A stretch of DNA of 64,000 nt from Nannocystis sp. SCPEA4 (GCF_026626685.1 NZ_JAPNJX010000001.1:332752-396751); one strand, 5' to 3'. Counted from the stretch's first letter, positions 42,394-53,901 are shown. Program-made: numbers and translations. Notes: a model not told the origin generated them from the letters alone.

Positions 42394-42423
42394 CAGCGGC
42401 ACAAAAGCGAAAAGGGGGACGTG
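42394..42423 (-). terminator. rpsO-pnp intercistronic hairpin followed by a T-rich tract (attenuator/terminator)
   Basis: The minus strand reads GGGGGCACGTCCCCC then CTTTTCGCTTTTGT, just after the rpsO stop. The position matches the classic rpsO terminator / RNase III processing site upstream of pnp. Confidence 0.6.
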
Positions 42424-42443
42424 CCCCCCTTCCTGCTCTCGGC

Positions 42444-42713
42444 CTACTTGCGGATGTTGAGCGCCCCGATCAGGGTCCGGTAGCGGTCGACGCTGCGGTT
42501 GCGCAGATAGTCGAGCAGGCGACGGCGTTGACCGACGAGCTTCAGCAGACCCCGACGCGAGTGGAAGTCCTTGGCGTGGCCGCGGAAGTGCTCGGTGAGG
42601 TAGTTGATCCGCGAAGTGAGGAGGGCGATCTGCACCTCCGGGGACGCGGTGTCGTTCGGGTGGGTCTGGAACTTGCTGACGATCTCGGCCGTGCGGTCAG
42701 GAGAAAGAGACAT
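42444..42713 (-). CDS. rpsO: 30S ribosomal protein S15
   Basis: [15 protein letters not shown]...[32 protein letters not shown]. The ATG at 42713 was verified. Confidence 0.9.
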   Translation of the reverse strand: MSLSPDRTAEIVSKFQTHPNDTASPEVQIALLTSRINYLTEHFRGHAKDFHSRRGLLKLVGQRRRLLDYLRNRSVDRYRTLIGALNIRK

Positions 42714-42846
42714 TTTCGCATTCTCGGTGCGGGCGGCCCGTGCCCCCGCAGAAGGTGTTGTGCTTTTTGTGTAGGCGGAAAATCCAGGCAAAACCCCGGC
42801 GTGTCAAGGCCGCTCACGCACGCGTCGACGCTTTTCTGCATGGCGG

Positions 42847-43875
42847 TCACGACGGGGTGACAGGGGCGGCGGCCGCGGCATGGATCATTTTCTCCGGGCG
42901 CCACAGCGGCCCGTCGAGACGAACCACGACCAGCGCGTCGCGGAACCACAGAGCTTGCCTCGCCGCCCGGTCTTGACCCTCGGCCAGGGTCGGCGCGACC
43001 TCCGGCAGCGCAGCGGCGTCGACGCCACGGCCGTGTAGGAGGCCCCGGAACGCGTCGGCCTCGGCCTCGTCGAGGCGGCGCACCGGAAACGGCAACACCT
43101 CCCCGAGGGCCAGCAAGGCCGCCTCGAGCCGGGCCCGCATGGCGTCGCGACTTTCGGCGCCCGCGAGGCCCAGGCGGTACTTGGGCGGCGCTCCGGCCAG
43201 ATCCGGCAAACGCGCGGAAACGCCCACGGGCACGGTGCGAGGATCGACGAGGCCGAGGCTTCCGCAGGCGGTGCGCCGCAACGCCGCCAGATGCGCCGGC
43301 AGCCCGACGCGCCGACCGAGCTCCTCCGCGAGGCTGCGAATATAGGTGCCCTTGCTCACGGCACACGAGGCGTCGATCGCGTCCTCGCCGACCTCGATCT
43401 CGGTCGCGGACCGCAACTCCATGGGTCGCGGCGGCAGCGCCAGGACCTCGCCGCGACGGGCGCGAGCGTGGGCCGGACGACCCTCGAGCTTGACCGCCGA
43501 GTACGCGGGCGGCGGCAGCTCGAGCGCGCCGCACATGTCCTTCAGGACATCCGCCGCCGCGACCACCTGCGCCGGCGCGACCGCGACCTCGGCGATCGTC
43601 TCGCCCTCGCGATCGGCCGTGGTCGTCGCCCGCCCGAGGCCGAAGCGCGCGCGGTAGACCTTGTCGACGGCGCTCAGGTACGGCACGAGCCGCGTCGCCC
43701 CGCCGACGCACACGACCAGCAGGCCCGAGGCGAGCGGGTCGAGGGTGCCGCAGTGGCCGACCTGCTTCTCGTTCAGGACCCAGCGGACGAAGCCGACCAC
43801 GTCGTGCGAGGTCGGCCCCTCCGGCTTGTCGACCAGCAGGACGCCGCAGCGCTCAGCCTGGGTCACCCTGGCCAC
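42847..43875 (-). CDS. truB: tRNA pseudouridine(55) synthase
   Basis: GVLLVDKPEGPTSHDVV...GHCGTLDPLASGLLVV (catalytic Asp) plus an extended C-terminal region. Confidence 0.85.
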   Translation of the reverse strand: MARVTQAERCGVLLVDKPEGPTSHDVVGFVRWVLNEKQVGHCGTLDPLASGLLVVCVGGATRLVPYLSAVDKVYRARFGLGRATTTADREGETIAEVAVAPAQVVAAADVLKDMCGALELPPPAYSAVKLEGRPAHARARRGEVLALPPRPMELRSATEIEVGEDAIDASCAVSKGTYIRSLAEELGRRVGLPAHLAALRRTACGSLGLVDPRTVPVGVSARLPDLAGAPPKYRLGLAGAESRDAMRARLEAALLALGEVLPFPVRRLDEAEADAFRGLLHGRGVDAAALPEVAPTLAEGQDRAARQALWFRDALVVVRLDGPLWRPEKMIHAAAAAPVTPS

Positions 43876-44263
43876 CGTCGCCGTCGCCCTCGTCGCCGGC
43901 CTTCGGGGCCGGCGGCGTGGCGATCTCGGACAGGATCGTCTCGATCCGCAGGCCGCGCTGGATGCTCTCGTCGAACTCGAAGCGCAGCTCCGGGATCCGG
44001 CGCAGCTGCACCCGACCCTGCAGCTCGCGCCGCACTGCCCCCGCGGCCGAGCGCAGCCCCGCGAGCACCGTGGCGCGGTCGCGGTCCGGCGACAGCAGGT
44101 CGACGAACACGCGGGCCAGAGTCAGCTCGGTGTCGACCTTGACGCCGGTGACGCTGAAGTTGACGCCCTGCAGCCGCGGGTCGTTGATCGAGCCGAACAG
44201 GAGCGCGTCGGCGATCCCGCGGCGCAGGGTCTCTTCGACCCGTTGCATCCGGTTACTCGCCAT
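43853..44263 (-). CDS. rbfA: ribosome-binding factor A
   Basis: RMQRVEETLRRGIADALLF...VTGVKVDTELTLARVFV. It lies between infB and truB. Confidence 0.85.
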   Translation of the reverse strand: MASNRMQRVEETLRRGIADALLFGSINDPRLQGVNFSVTGVKVDTELTLARVFVDLLSPDRDRATVLAGLRSAAGAVRRELQGRVQLRRIPELRFEFDESIQRGLRIETILSEIATPPAPKAGDEGDGDGGQGDPG

Positions 44264-44290
44264 ACGCGCTCCCCTCGCCTACCCGCCGCC

Positions 44291-47200
44291 TCACAGCGTC
44301 GGGGCGATCGTCTCGATCTCGAACGCCTGCAGGATGTCGCCCGGCTCCACCTCGGGGAACGAGTCGATCACGATGCCGCACTCGAAGCCCTCGCGGACCT
44401 CCTTCACGTCCTCCTTGACGACGCGAAGGCTCGAGATCCTGCCCTTGTGGATGACCGTGCCGCCACGGACCACGCGGACGTGGTGCGTGCGCTGGATGAG
44501 GCCCCGCATCACGCGGCAACCCGCGACCACACCGACCTTCGGGATCGGGAACAGCGCCCGCACCTCGGCCTCGCCCTGATCGCGCTCGCGGTACTCGGGC
44601 TCGAGCAGGCCGACCATCAACTCACGCGTCTTGTCGAGCGCGTTGTAGATGACGTTGAAGGTGTGGACCGGCACCTTCTCGGCGTCGGCGATCTGACCGG
44701 CCTTGCCGACCGGCTTGGTGTTGAAGCCGATGATCACGGCCTCGCCCGCCGAGGCGGTCTTCACGTCGGTCTGGGTGATCGCACCGACGCCGGACGAGAT
44801 GACCTCGACCTTGACCTTGTCGGTCGACAGCTCGAGCAGCGCCTGCTTGAGCGCCTCGGCCGAGCCCTGCACGTCGGCCCGCAGGACGATCTTGAGGGTC
44901 GGCGTCTTCTTGCGCTGGATGAAGTCGGCGATGCTGGGCCCCGAGCGCGCGCTCTCCTTGCGGCGGCGGACCTCGCGGCGGTGCGTCACGAGCTGGCGCG
45001 CGGCCTTCTCGCTCTCCACCACGTTGAAGCGGTCGCCGGCCGACGGCACGCCGTCGAGACCGAGGACCTCGACCGGCGTCGAGGGCCCCACGTCTTCGAG
45101 CGCGCGGCCGCGGTCGTCGAGCATGCCGCGGACCTTGCCGCTGAACTCGTTGGCGACCACGATGTCGCCCTTGCGCAGCGTGCCGGCCTCGACGAGGACG
45201 GTGGCGATCGGACCGCGGCCCTTGTCGACGCGCGCCTCGAGCACGACGCCGATCGCCCGGCCCTCGGTGGTGGCCCGGAGATCGAGGATCTCCGACTGGA
45301 TGGCCAACATCTCGAGCAGGTGCTCGATGCCCTTGCCGGTCTTCGCCGACACCTCGCAGATGATGGTGTCGCCGCCGTACTCCTCGCCGACCAAGCTGTG
45401 CTCCATCAGCATCTGCTTGACGCGGCCGGGGTTGGCGTCGGGCTTGTCGATCTTGTTGAGCGCCACCACCAGCGGGACGTTGGCCTCCCGCGCGTGCTTG
45501 ATGGCCTCGACCGTGGTCGGCATGATGCCGTCGTCGGCGGCGACCACCAGCACGACGACGTCGGTGACCTGGGCCCCGCGGGCGCGCATCGCCGAGAACG
45601 CCTCGTGACCGGGCGTGTCGAGGAACACCACGTCGCCCTTGGCCGTGCTGACCTTGTAGGCGCCGATGTGCTGGGTGATGCCGCCGGCCTCGCCCTCGGC
45701 CACCGTGGCCTTGCGGATCCGGTCGAGCAGCGAGGTCTTGCCGTGGTCGACGTGGCCCATGATGGTGACCACGGGCGCGCGCGTCTCGCCGGCCCCCTCC
45801 TCGCTCTCGTCGAAGTACTGGTCCTCCTGGAAGGCCACGTTCTCGACGGTGTAGCCGTACTCGGCCGCGACCAGCTCGGCCGTCTCGGCGTCGATCGAGC
45901 TGTTGATGGTGACGCCGCGCAGGCCCATGCCCCACAGCGTCTTGAGCAGCATCGTCGCCTTCTTGCCCATCTGGTGCGCGAGGTCGGCGACCGGGATCGC
46001 CTCGTCGACGCGGATGCGCTTCTTCGACTCCGACATCTCCTGCGTGGAGGGTCGGGCTCCGGGCGCGCCGGGGCGGCCGCGGACGTTGCGGACCATCGTC
46101 TTGCGCTTGCGGCCCTGTTGCTGCGCCCGCTCCTCGCGCTCCTTGCGGATCGTGGCGCGGCCGCGCTGCTGGCTGTCGCTGGCGTCGGTGATGATCACCT
46201 GCTGCGGCCGCGGGCGGTTCGCCAGCTGGACGAACCCGACGATGCGCGGCTCGGCCCGTTGCGGGGCGGCGCCGACGATCACGCCGGACTCGTCGCGCAC
46301 GACGCGACGACTGGCGGCGTCGTCGAGCGCAGCCTGTGAGGCCGGCTGCGCCTGCTGCGGCGGCTGCTGTTGCTGCTGCTGCGCCTGCGGAGCCGCGGGC
46401 GCCGCGGGGCGACCCGACGGGCCGCCGGACGGGCGCTCACCCGGACGGGCTGCCACCGGCGCCGGCTGCACGACCTGTCCCCGGGGACCGGTCTGGCCCA
46501 ACTGCGGCCCGCTGCCCAGCGGACGCGTGCCGGTCTGGGTCGGCGCACCCGGCTTGCCGGGGCCCGGACGGGTCTGGACGCCCGGACGGAGCGGCGTGCC
46601 GACGGGACCGACCTGGCCCTGCGGCGGCGTGCCGCGGGGACCGTCGGGCGAGCGACGGTGCGGCTCGCCGCGCGGCATGTCACGCGCTTCACCACCGCGC
46701 GGGTGGTCTTCCATGCGCGACGCGACGCCGCCCGGCAGGCGCTTGGTGCCCGGCGGGAGCTGGATCCGCGTGCCCACCTCGGGCGCGGGCGCCCGCGGAG
46801 CGGCCTGTTGCGGCTGCGGCCGCGACGGCTCCGGACGGCGGACCTCCGGACGCGACTCGCCGGCCGGTCGCGAGGCCGGCTGCGCGGGACGCTGCACCGG
46901 GGCCTGCGGCTGCTGCACCACGGGCCGCTGCGGCGGGGCCGGCTGGACCGGCGCCTGGACCACGGGGGCCGGCGGCGCGACGGGCTGCGGCGGCGCGACA
47001 GGCTGCGGCGGAGGCGCGGCCACGACCGGCTCGGCCGGCGCTTGCACCGGCTCGGGACGGACCGGCTCGGCTGGCGCCTGCACCGGCTCGCTCGGCGTCG
47101 TCACCACGGGCCGCGCCTCGACCGGCGGCGCCGGCGGCTCGGTTTGCACCGGCGCCTGCACCGGCTGGCTCGGACGCGCCTCGACCGGCTCGCTCACCCG

Positions 47201-47728
47201 CTCACGCACCTCGACCGACTCGGCCACGCTCCTCACCTCACGCTGCGGCTCCCGCGGCTGCGTCACCGCGGGGGTGGCCCACGGCGTCTCGGGCGGCCGC
47301 GTCGGCTCGCTCGGCCGCACCGGGGCGCTGGGACGCACGACCGGCTGGGCCGCGGCGGGCGGCGGCACCGGACGCCGGATCACCGGCGCGGGCTGCTGCT
47401 GCTGCGGGGGCTGCTGTACCGGCGACGGGCGCACGATCGGCGGCGCCGGACGGGCGACCTCCGACTCATCCTCACCCTCGTCGCTCGGACGCGGGCCGCG
47501 ACCGGGACGACGAATGACCGCCGGACCGCCAGCGCGGGCCGTGTCGGTGCGCTCGGGCTCGCGGCGACCGCCGCCTTGAATGTGGCGACGGACGAGCTCG
47601 GCCTGATCGTCGTCGAGCGTGCTCATGACGCCCTTGATCTCGACCCCGAGGCCGCGGATCAGGTTCTCCATCACCTTGTTGTCCTTGCCCAGCTCTTTGG
47701 CGAGCTCGTAGACGCGAATCTTGGCCAT
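44291..47728 (-). CDS. infB: translation initiation factor IF-2 with a long Pro/Ala/Gln-rich N-terminal extension
   Basis: [15 protein letters not shown]-terminus, roughly 500 aa of low-complexity sequence, then a G domain ([12 protein letters not shown]...DTPGHEAF...NKID) and C-terminal IF2 domains. Confidence 0.9.
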   Translation of the reverse strand: MAKIRVYELAKELGKDNKVMENLIRGLGVEIKGVMSTLDDDQAELVRRHIQGGGRREPERTDTARAGGPAVIRRPGRGPRPSDEGEDESEVARPAPPIVRPSPVQQPPQQQQPAPVIRRPVPPPAAAQPVVRPSAPVRPSEPTRPPETPWATPAVTQPREPQREVRSVAESVEVRERVSEPVEARPSQPVQAPVQTEPPAPPVEARPVVTTPSEPVQAPAEPVRPEPVQAPAEPVVAAPPPQPVAPPQPVAPPAPVVQAPVQPAPPQRPVVQQPQAPVQRPAQPASRPAGESRPEVRRPEPSRPQPQQAAPRAPAPEVGTRIQLPPGTKRLPGGVASRMEDHPRGGEARDMPRGEPHRRSPDGPRGTPPQGQVGPVGTPLRPGVQTRPGPGKPGAPTQTGTRPLGSGPQLGQTGPRGQVVQPAPVAARPGERPSGGPSGRPAAPAAPQAQQQQQQPPQQAQPASQAALDDAASRRVVRDESGVIVGAAPQRAEPRIVGFVQLANRPRPQQVIITDASDSQQRGRATIRKEREERAQQQGRKRKTMVRNVRGRPGAPGARPSTQEMSESKKRIRVDEAIPVADLAHQMGKKATMLLKTLWGMGLRGVTINSSIDAETAELVAAEYGYTVENVAFQEDQYFDESEEGAGETRAPVVTIMGHVDHGKTSLLDRIRKATVAEGEAGGITQHIGAYKVSTAKGDVVFLDTPGHEAFSAMRARGAQVTDVVVLVVAADDGIMPTTVEAIKHAREANVPLVVALNKIDKPDANPGRVKQMLMEHSLVGEEYGGDTIICEVSAKTGKGIEHLLEMLAIQSEILDLRATTEGRAIGVVLEARVDKGRGPIATVLVEAGTLRKGDIVVANEFSGKVRGMLDDRGRALEDVGPSTPVEVLGLDGVPSAGDRFNVVESEKAARQLVTHRREVRRRKESARSGPSIADFIQRKKTPTLKIVLRADVQGSAEALKQALLELSTDKVKVEVISSGVGAITQTDVKTASAGEAVIIGFNTKPVGKAGQIADAEKVPVHTFNVIYNALDKTRELMVGLLEPEYRERDQGEAEVRALFPIPKVGVVAGCRVMRGLIQRTHHVRVVRGGTVIHKGRISSLRVVKEDVKEVREGFECGIVIDSFPEVEPGDILQAFEIETIAPTL

Positions 47729-47731
47729 AAC

Positions 47732-48142
47732 TCAGGAAACCCTCCCCACCGCGGCGCGCATGGCGGTCGCCAGGGCAGCGAGACGTTGGACGCGCGGCGC
47801 AGCGGCTGTGCCGCTGCGGTTCAGGAGATCGATCATGCCCGCGAGCACCTCGCCGTGCGCGCTCCACAGCGCGGCGGGGTCCACTGGCGGCATCTTGCGG
47901 GCGAACGCGCGGGCGAAGCCGCCGCGGCGGGCTGCGCGCTCCATGCAGGCGCGCGCCGGGCACACGTAAGCCGAGCGCCCGGAACTGGCCCGAAGGCCAG
48001 GGCGCTTTGCACATGTCCGAACAGACTGGTCCGGAAGAATCTGCTCCTTGTCGGCGTCGAGCTCGTACAGCTTCGAACGCAGGAGCTCCGCCTGGGGGCG
48101 GACGGCGCGGCAGCCCACGCAAGTGCGCATCGGCGCGTGCAT
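47732..48142 (-). CDS. ylxR: YlxR/DUF448-family putative RNA-binding protein (nusA-infB operon)
   Basis: The RTCVGCR motif and its position between nusA and infB. The start is ambiguous among 48172, 48142 and 48130. Confidence 0.65.
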   Translation of the reverse strand: MHAPMRTCVGCRAVRPQAELLRSKLYELDADKEQILPDQSVRTCAKRPGLRASSGRSAYVCPARACMERAARRGGFARAFARKMPPVDPAALWSAHGEVLAGMIDLLNRSGTAAAPRVQRLAALATAMRAAVGRVS

Positions 48143-48143
48143 G

Positions 48144-49556
<1,413 letters not shown>

Positions 49557-49577
49557 AGACCGATGACCTCTGCTGTC

Positions 49578-50249
49578 CTAGCCGTGCCCCCCCGTAACCG
49601 GGGGCGAGTACACCAGGTTGGCCCGCCGGATGTCGGCGAGCGAGATCTTGTAGATGGTATCACTGTCGAGCGATCGCAAGAGCACCGTGCCGCGGCGATC
49701 GTCGCCAGGATCGGCGGCGTCGACTTCGGTGCCGACGATCCGCCCGTGAAAAGTCCGCTGATCGGCGCTGCCCTGGCCCGCCAGCGGGTGGAACGTGCGG
49801 ACCACCGCGCGCCCACCGACGAAGCGGGCGAAGTGACTGAGGCGCACCAGCGGCCGATCGACGCCGGGCGAGCTGACCTCGAGCGTGTACGGCTGCGACA
49901 GCAACGCGGCCAGCTCCGGCGTCTCCGGATCGGCCTCGGCGGCGTCGAGCGCGTTGCTCAGCACCCCGCTCATGCGTGAGCAATCGTCGAGCGAGACCCC
50001 GTTGGGATGGTCGAGGTACACCCGCGCCACCCGGCCGCCGCGCCCGCCGGCCCACTCGATCAGCACCACCTCGAAGCCCATCGCCCGCGCCACCGGCTCG
50101 ACCGCCCCTTCGAGCAGCCGCACCGCCCCCTCGTGCACGTCGTGGCCCGCGCCGTCGTGCTCGGACTCGGTGCCTGCGACGTCGTCGACCACCGCGGGCT
50201 GCGGTGGGACCTTCGAGCGGGAGTTGTGTGTCGGGCGCCTCGTGGCCAT
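49578..50249 (-). CDS. rimP: ribosome maturation factor RimP (N-terminally extended)
   Basis: [17 protein letters not shown]...[17 protein letters not shown] at 50249 was verified but the true start could be further downstream. Confidence 0.75.
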   Translation of the reverse strand: MATRRPTHNSRSKVPPQPAVVDDVAGTESEHDGAGHDVHEGAVRLLEGAVEPVARAMGFEVVLIEWAGGRGGRVARVYLDHPNGVSLDDCSRMSGVLSNALDAAEADPETPELAALLSQPYTLEVSSPGVDRPLVRLSHFARFVGGRAVVRTFHPLAGQGSADQRTFHGRIVGTEVDAADPGDDRRGTVLLRSLDSDTIYKISLADIRRANLVYSPPVTGGHG

Positions 50250-50262
50250 GCGCGTGGGATTC

Positions 50263-50304
50263 GAGACAAACAAAAAAGCGAGCTGGGCCAGTTGCCTGCT
50301 CGCT
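50263..50304 (-). terminator. hairpin (GCGAGC..GCTCGC) plus a T-run on the minus strand, 15-25 nt upstream of rimP: leader attenuator or terminator
   Basis: The minus strand reads GCGAGCAGGCAACTGGCCCAGCTCGC TTTTTTGTTTGT. I see no gene upstream of it on that strand. Confidence 0.5.
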
Positions 50305-50451
50305 TGCGAAAGGCAATTTGCTGGCCGGGCCTGTAGCACGGCGCTTGAAGGCGAGCAACCCCCTTCCCGGACCGTGAGGTCTGAAGACCCCACACCGAAG
50401 CGGCGCTGGAGTCAGGCTTGGCGGCCGGCGTTTTCTCGCTACCATCGCCCC

Positions 50452-51357
50452 GTGCGAGACCTCTGCGCAGCCCTGATCCAGCTCGGCAGCGGGGCCGACC
50501 CCGTGCCGAGCCTCGCCCGCGCCGCCGAACTCACGCGCGAGGCGCTCGCGCACGGCGCCGAGCTGGTCGTGTTGCCCGAAAACTTCTGGGCCGTGGCCCC
50601 GCCGGGCCTGGACCGCCGCCCGTGGGCCGTCGATCTCGGCGCCCTGGGGCCAGGCGGCGATCTCCGCGGCGATCCGCCGCCGGTGCTGCGTCCCTTCCTC
50701 TCTCTCTCGCACGAGTACCCCGCGGCGGTGCTGATCCTCGGCGGCTTGCCCGAGCTGCCGCCCTCGGGCGAGCCGGGCAAGTTCTACAACACCCTGGTCG
50801 CCCTGTTCGGCGGCCGCGTGGTCGCGGTCTACCGCAAGATCCACCGCTTCGACGCCACCTTGCCGGACGGCTCGCGCGCCTCCGAGTCCGACGTGATCCT
50901 CGCGGGCGAGACTCCGCACGTGCTCGCGGCGCCGTTCGGCAAGATCGGCCTCAGCATCTGCTACGACCTTCGCTTCCCGGAGCTGTATCGCGCGCTCTCC
51001 GCCGCCGGCGCGGAGATCCTCGTCGTCCCCTCGGCCTTCACCCTGCTGACCGGCATCGACCACTGGGAGCCGCTCCTCCGCGCCCGCGCGATCGAGAACC
51101 AGGCCTACGTGCTGGCGCCGGCGCAGTACGGCCCGCACGGCCACGGTCGTCACAGCTTCGGCCACAGCCTCGCCGTCGACCCCTGGGGCGCCGTGATCGC
51201 CCAGGTCTCGCGCGGCGAGGGCATGGCCCTCACCTGGCTGCGCGCCGACCTGCTGCAGCGCGTCCGCAGCGACCTGCCCGCGCTCACGCACCGCCGGCTC
51301 CACGGCGTAACTCCGGCCGAGGTCGTCACGTTGTCGGCCGACGAGACCTCCGCGTGA
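50452..51357 (+). CDS. carbon-nitrogen hydrolase (nitrilase superfamily, Nit/omega-amidase-like)
   Basis: Glu-Lys-Cys triad context (VVLPENF, YRKIHRF, LSICYDLRFPE). The GTG start at 50452 is inferred. Confidence 0.7.
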   Translation: MRDLCAALIQLGSGADPVPSLARAAELTREALAHGAELVVLPENFWAVAPPGLDRRPWAVDLGALGPGGDLRGDPPPVLRPFLSLSHEYPAAVLILGGLPELPPSGEPGKFYNTLVALFGGRVVAVYRKIHRFDATLPDGSRASESDVILAGETPHVLAAPFGKIGLSICYDLRFPELYRALSAAGAEILVVPSAFTLLTGIDHWEPLLRARAIENQAYVLAPAQYGPHGHGRHSFGHSLAVDPWGAVIAQVSRGEGMALTWLRADLLQRVRSDLPALTHRRLHGVTPAEVVTLSADETSA

Positions 51358-52031
51358 CCACCACCGGCACCGGCCGCGCGACCCAGGAGGGCCGCAGCGC
51401 TCCGGCGGGCCTCCACGCGCTGATGGACCGCTACCTCGACGGCGACGCGCGGGCCTTCGCCGCGCTGCACGCCGCCCTCGCCCCTCGCCTCACCGCCTTC
51501 CTCGTGCACCTCGTCCGCGACACCGCCGCCGCTGAAGACCTGGTCCAGGCGACCTGGCTCAAGGCGCACCTGGCCCGCGCCCGCTTCCACGTCCAGGGCG
51601 CCAGCCCGGACGGCGCCGTCCAGGCCTGGTACTTCACGATCGCCCGCAACCTCGCCGTCGACCACCTGCGGGCCCAGGTCCGCGACCGCCGCCGGCGCGA
51701 GCCCGGCGATGACGGCGGCGAGCGCGACCGCCTGGCGGAGATCCCGTCCGACCTGCCCACCGCCGAGGACCTGGAGATCGGCGAGGCCGAGGCGCAGGAG
51801 ATCACCTCGCGCGTGCGCGACGCCCTCGCCCAGCTGCCCGCCGGCCAGCGCGAGATCGTCGAGCTTCACAAGTTCCAGGGCCTGAGCATGGCCGAGATCG
51901 CGGCGCGCCTGCGGATCCGCGAGGGCGCCGTGCGCGTCCGGGCCCACCGCGCCTACAAGGCCCTCGCCCGCTGGCTCACGCCGACGCTCCGCGCCCTGCT
52001 CCTGCTGCTCGCACGAGGAGGCGGCGCATGA
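51354..52031 (+). CDS. ECF-family RNA polymerase sigma factor
   Basis: Region 2 (AAAEDLVQATWLKAH...YFTIARNLAVDHLR) and region 4 (EIVELHKFQGLSMAEIAARLRIREGAVRVRAHRAYKAL). The start is either GTG at 51354, overlapping the upstream stop, or ATG at 51423. Confidence 0.75.
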   Translation: MTTTGTGRATQEGRSAPAGLHALMDRYLDGDARAFAALHAALAPRLTAFLVHLVRDTAAAEDLVQATWLKAHLARARFHVQGASPDGAVQAWYFTIARNLAVDHLRAQVRDRRRREPGDDGGERDRLAEIPSDLPTAEDLEIGEAEAQEITSRVRDALAQLPAGQREIVELHKFQGLSMAEIAARLRIREGAVRVRAHRAYKALARWLTPTLRALLLLLARGGGA

Positions 52032-52159
52032 CCGCGGTCGACGACCTCGATGGCTCCGCGCCCGCTCACGCCGCGCACGACGTCGGCGCGCCCCCTCCTT
52101 TCGTCTGCGCCGCGGCGCATGCCGCCGCCACCCCAGCCGCGAGAGGGGCTCGCCCATGA
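52028..52159 (+). CDS. 43-codon upstream ORF (MTAVDDLDGS...) between the sigma and anti-sigma genes; its first 5 codons duplicate the anti-sigma start (MTAVD)
   Basis: Its ATG overlaps the sigma-factor TGA (ATGA at 52028) and its TGA overlaps the ATG of the next gene (52156-52159). ATGACCGC(G/A)GTCGAC occurs at both starts. Confidence 0.35.
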   Translation: MTAVDDLDGSAPAHAAHDVGAPPPFVCAAAHAAATPAARGARP

Positions 52160-52794
52160 CCGCAGTCGACGCCAAGGCGCTGATCGCCGGCGATCTCGCC
52201 GAGCGCCGGCGCGAGCGCCTGCAGCACTTCCGGCCGGCCTGGCTGCTCACCGCCGCGATCCCGATCGTCGGCCTCGTCCTCACCGGCGCGCGCGACGACT
52301 TCTGGGCCCAGCCGGCGTGGATCCTCGGCCTGCAGGCGCTGGTGTGGGGTCTCGCACTGTTCGCCCTGCCGGCGCTCGGGCTCGGCCTGTGGTTCCCCGG
52401 CCGCGCCGCGCGGCTCGTCCTCGGCCTGCTCGCCGCCGCGGTCGCCTTCGTCGTCGCCGCCGGACCTGCGCTTTTCGACATGTCCTATCCGACAGGCATG
52501 GAAGACCATCCGATCTACCAGGTCGGCTGCGCCTCCCTGACCCTCGGGGCAGGTGCCCTGGTCCTGGCCGTGTGCGCCCTGAGCGGCGCGTTCGTCCAGC
52601 GCCGGCGCTCCGCGGGCGCGCTGTGGCTGGCCGCCGCGATCGCCCTGCTCGGCGTCCTGACCACCACCTGGCACTGCGTCATCACCGGCCTCGATCACAC
52701 CTTGCCGTCGCACCTCGGCGCCGGCGTCCTCATGCTGCTCGTCGCCGGCCTCGTCGGCGCCGGCCTGCACCGGCGCCAGCGCGACCAAGCCTGA
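52156..52794 (+). CDS. DUF1109/NrsF-like polytopic membrane protein (putative anti-sigma factor)
   Basis: A 212-aa protein with six predicted transmembrane helices, lying directly downstream of the ECF sigma gene. The N-terminal MTAVDAKALIAGDLAE resembles NrsF. Confidence 0.6.
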   Translation: MTAVDAKALIAGDLAERRRERLQHFRPAWLLTAAIPIVGLVLTGARDDFWAQPAWILGLQALVWGLALFALPALGLGLWFPGRAARLVLGLLAAAVAFVVAAGPALFDMSYPTGMEDHPIYQVGCASLTLGAGALVLAVCALSGAFVQRRRSAGALWLAAAIALLGVLTTTWHCVITGLDHTLPSHLGAGVLMLLVAGLVGAGLHRRQRDQA

Positions 52795-52845
52795 GTCCGT
52801 CGGAAGCAGGCGCGGCTGCGGCTTTCTGCGCTAGGCTGCGCCCGC

Positions 52846-53901
52846 GTGGCCACCGAACACCTCCTCACCCGCGGGCTCGACACCATCCGGATCGTCCATG
52901 ACGACTGCGACCTCGTCACCGGCGAGGGCGAGCATGCCGTCACCCAGACCTTCGACGACGTCGACGACGCCCGCTCGCACCTCGAGTACGTCCTGAAGCG
53001 GATGCGCCGCGACGGCTACGGCCTCACCTCGCGCCCGATCAGCCTCGAGGACGGCCAGCGCGACATCGCCGACGGCCTGTTCGAGTGGGACCCCGAGCGC
53101 CGCCGCCTCAAGTGCGTGTTCGTCGAGGACGACGGCGTCCGCGTCCGCTGCGAGCTGCTGCCCGACGTCGCCGAAGCGCGCGGGGCCGCCGGTCTGCACT
53201 TCGTGTGCGACCACGCGATCCCCGGCCCCGCCCTGTCGGCCGCGCTCGCCGGGCGGCCGCTGCCGCAGATCCGCAGCTTCATCTTCGACACCCCGTTCCA
53301 GACGATCACCCGCCAGTACGCCAACACCCCCGGGCGGCTCGACCTCGTCTTCCACGGCCTGCCCGCCCTCGAGTCCGCCTACGTCACCGGTGCGCCCGAG
53401 CTGCGCCGCTGCGGCCACACCCGCCTGAAGCACCTGCACCTGCTCGGCGATCCGCTGCCACCGGCCACCCTGGCCGGCCTCGGCGACAGCGACTTCCCCG
53501 CGCTCGAGCGCCTGGTGCTGTGCCTCAGCCGCGACGCCGAGCCCGCGCCGGCGGTCGACGTCGTGCGAGCGCTGCGAAGCCTGCGCGCGCCGGCGCTGCG
53601 CCACGTCTACCTGTCCGGCAGCGACGACCTCGTGGCCCTGATCGACGCGCTCTGCGATCGCCCCCTGCCCGCCTCGTGGACGGTCCTCTCGCTCGAGGGC
53701 GTCCTGCGCGACGAGGACGACCTGCTCGCCGTCCTCGAGGACCGCGCCCCCGTCCTCGGCCGGCTCCAGCGCCTCGCCCTCCCGCTCGCCGACGACCTGT
53801 CCGACGACGCCGCCGACCGCGTCCTCGCCCTCCTGCCCGCCGTCGTCGACCGCGACGAGCTGCCCGACCAGCTGCTGCCCAGCGTCTACGAGGACTGGTG
53901 A
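52846..53901 (+). CDS. hypothetical protein with C-terminal leucine-rich-repeat-like region
   Basis: GTG start. L..L.L..L-type repeats in residues 200-330. No recognisable catalytic motifs. Confidence 0.5.
   Translation: MATEHLLTRGLDTIRIVHDDCDLVTGEGEHAVTQTFDDVDDARSHLEYVLKRMRRDGYGLTSRPISLEDGQRDIADGLFEWDPERRRLKCVFVEDDGVRVRCELLPDVAEARGAAGLHFVCDHAIPGPALSAALAGRPLPQIRSFIFDTPFQTITRQYANTPGRLDLVFHGLPALESAYVTGAPELRRCGHTRLKHLHLLGDPLPPATLAGLGDSDFPALERLVLCLSRDAEPAPAVDVVRALRSLRAPALRHVYLSGSDDLVALIDALCDRPLPASWTVLSLEGVLRDEDDLLAVLEDRAPVLGRLQRLALPLADDLSDDAADRVLALLPAVVDRDELPDQLLPSVYEDW

Noticed and set aside
42792-42846. Sigma-70 promoter for rpsO (TTGACA at 42802-42807 on the minus strand)
   Set aside because: The -35 hexamer is perfect, but no acceptable -10 lies at 16-18-nt spacing, so this is too weak to annotate.
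50305-50451. tRNA-fMet (metY-like) upstream of rimP, as in enterics
   Set aside because: No cloverleaf-compatible sequence (no GTTCGAATC T-arm, no CCA context). Only a hairpin plus T-run was found.
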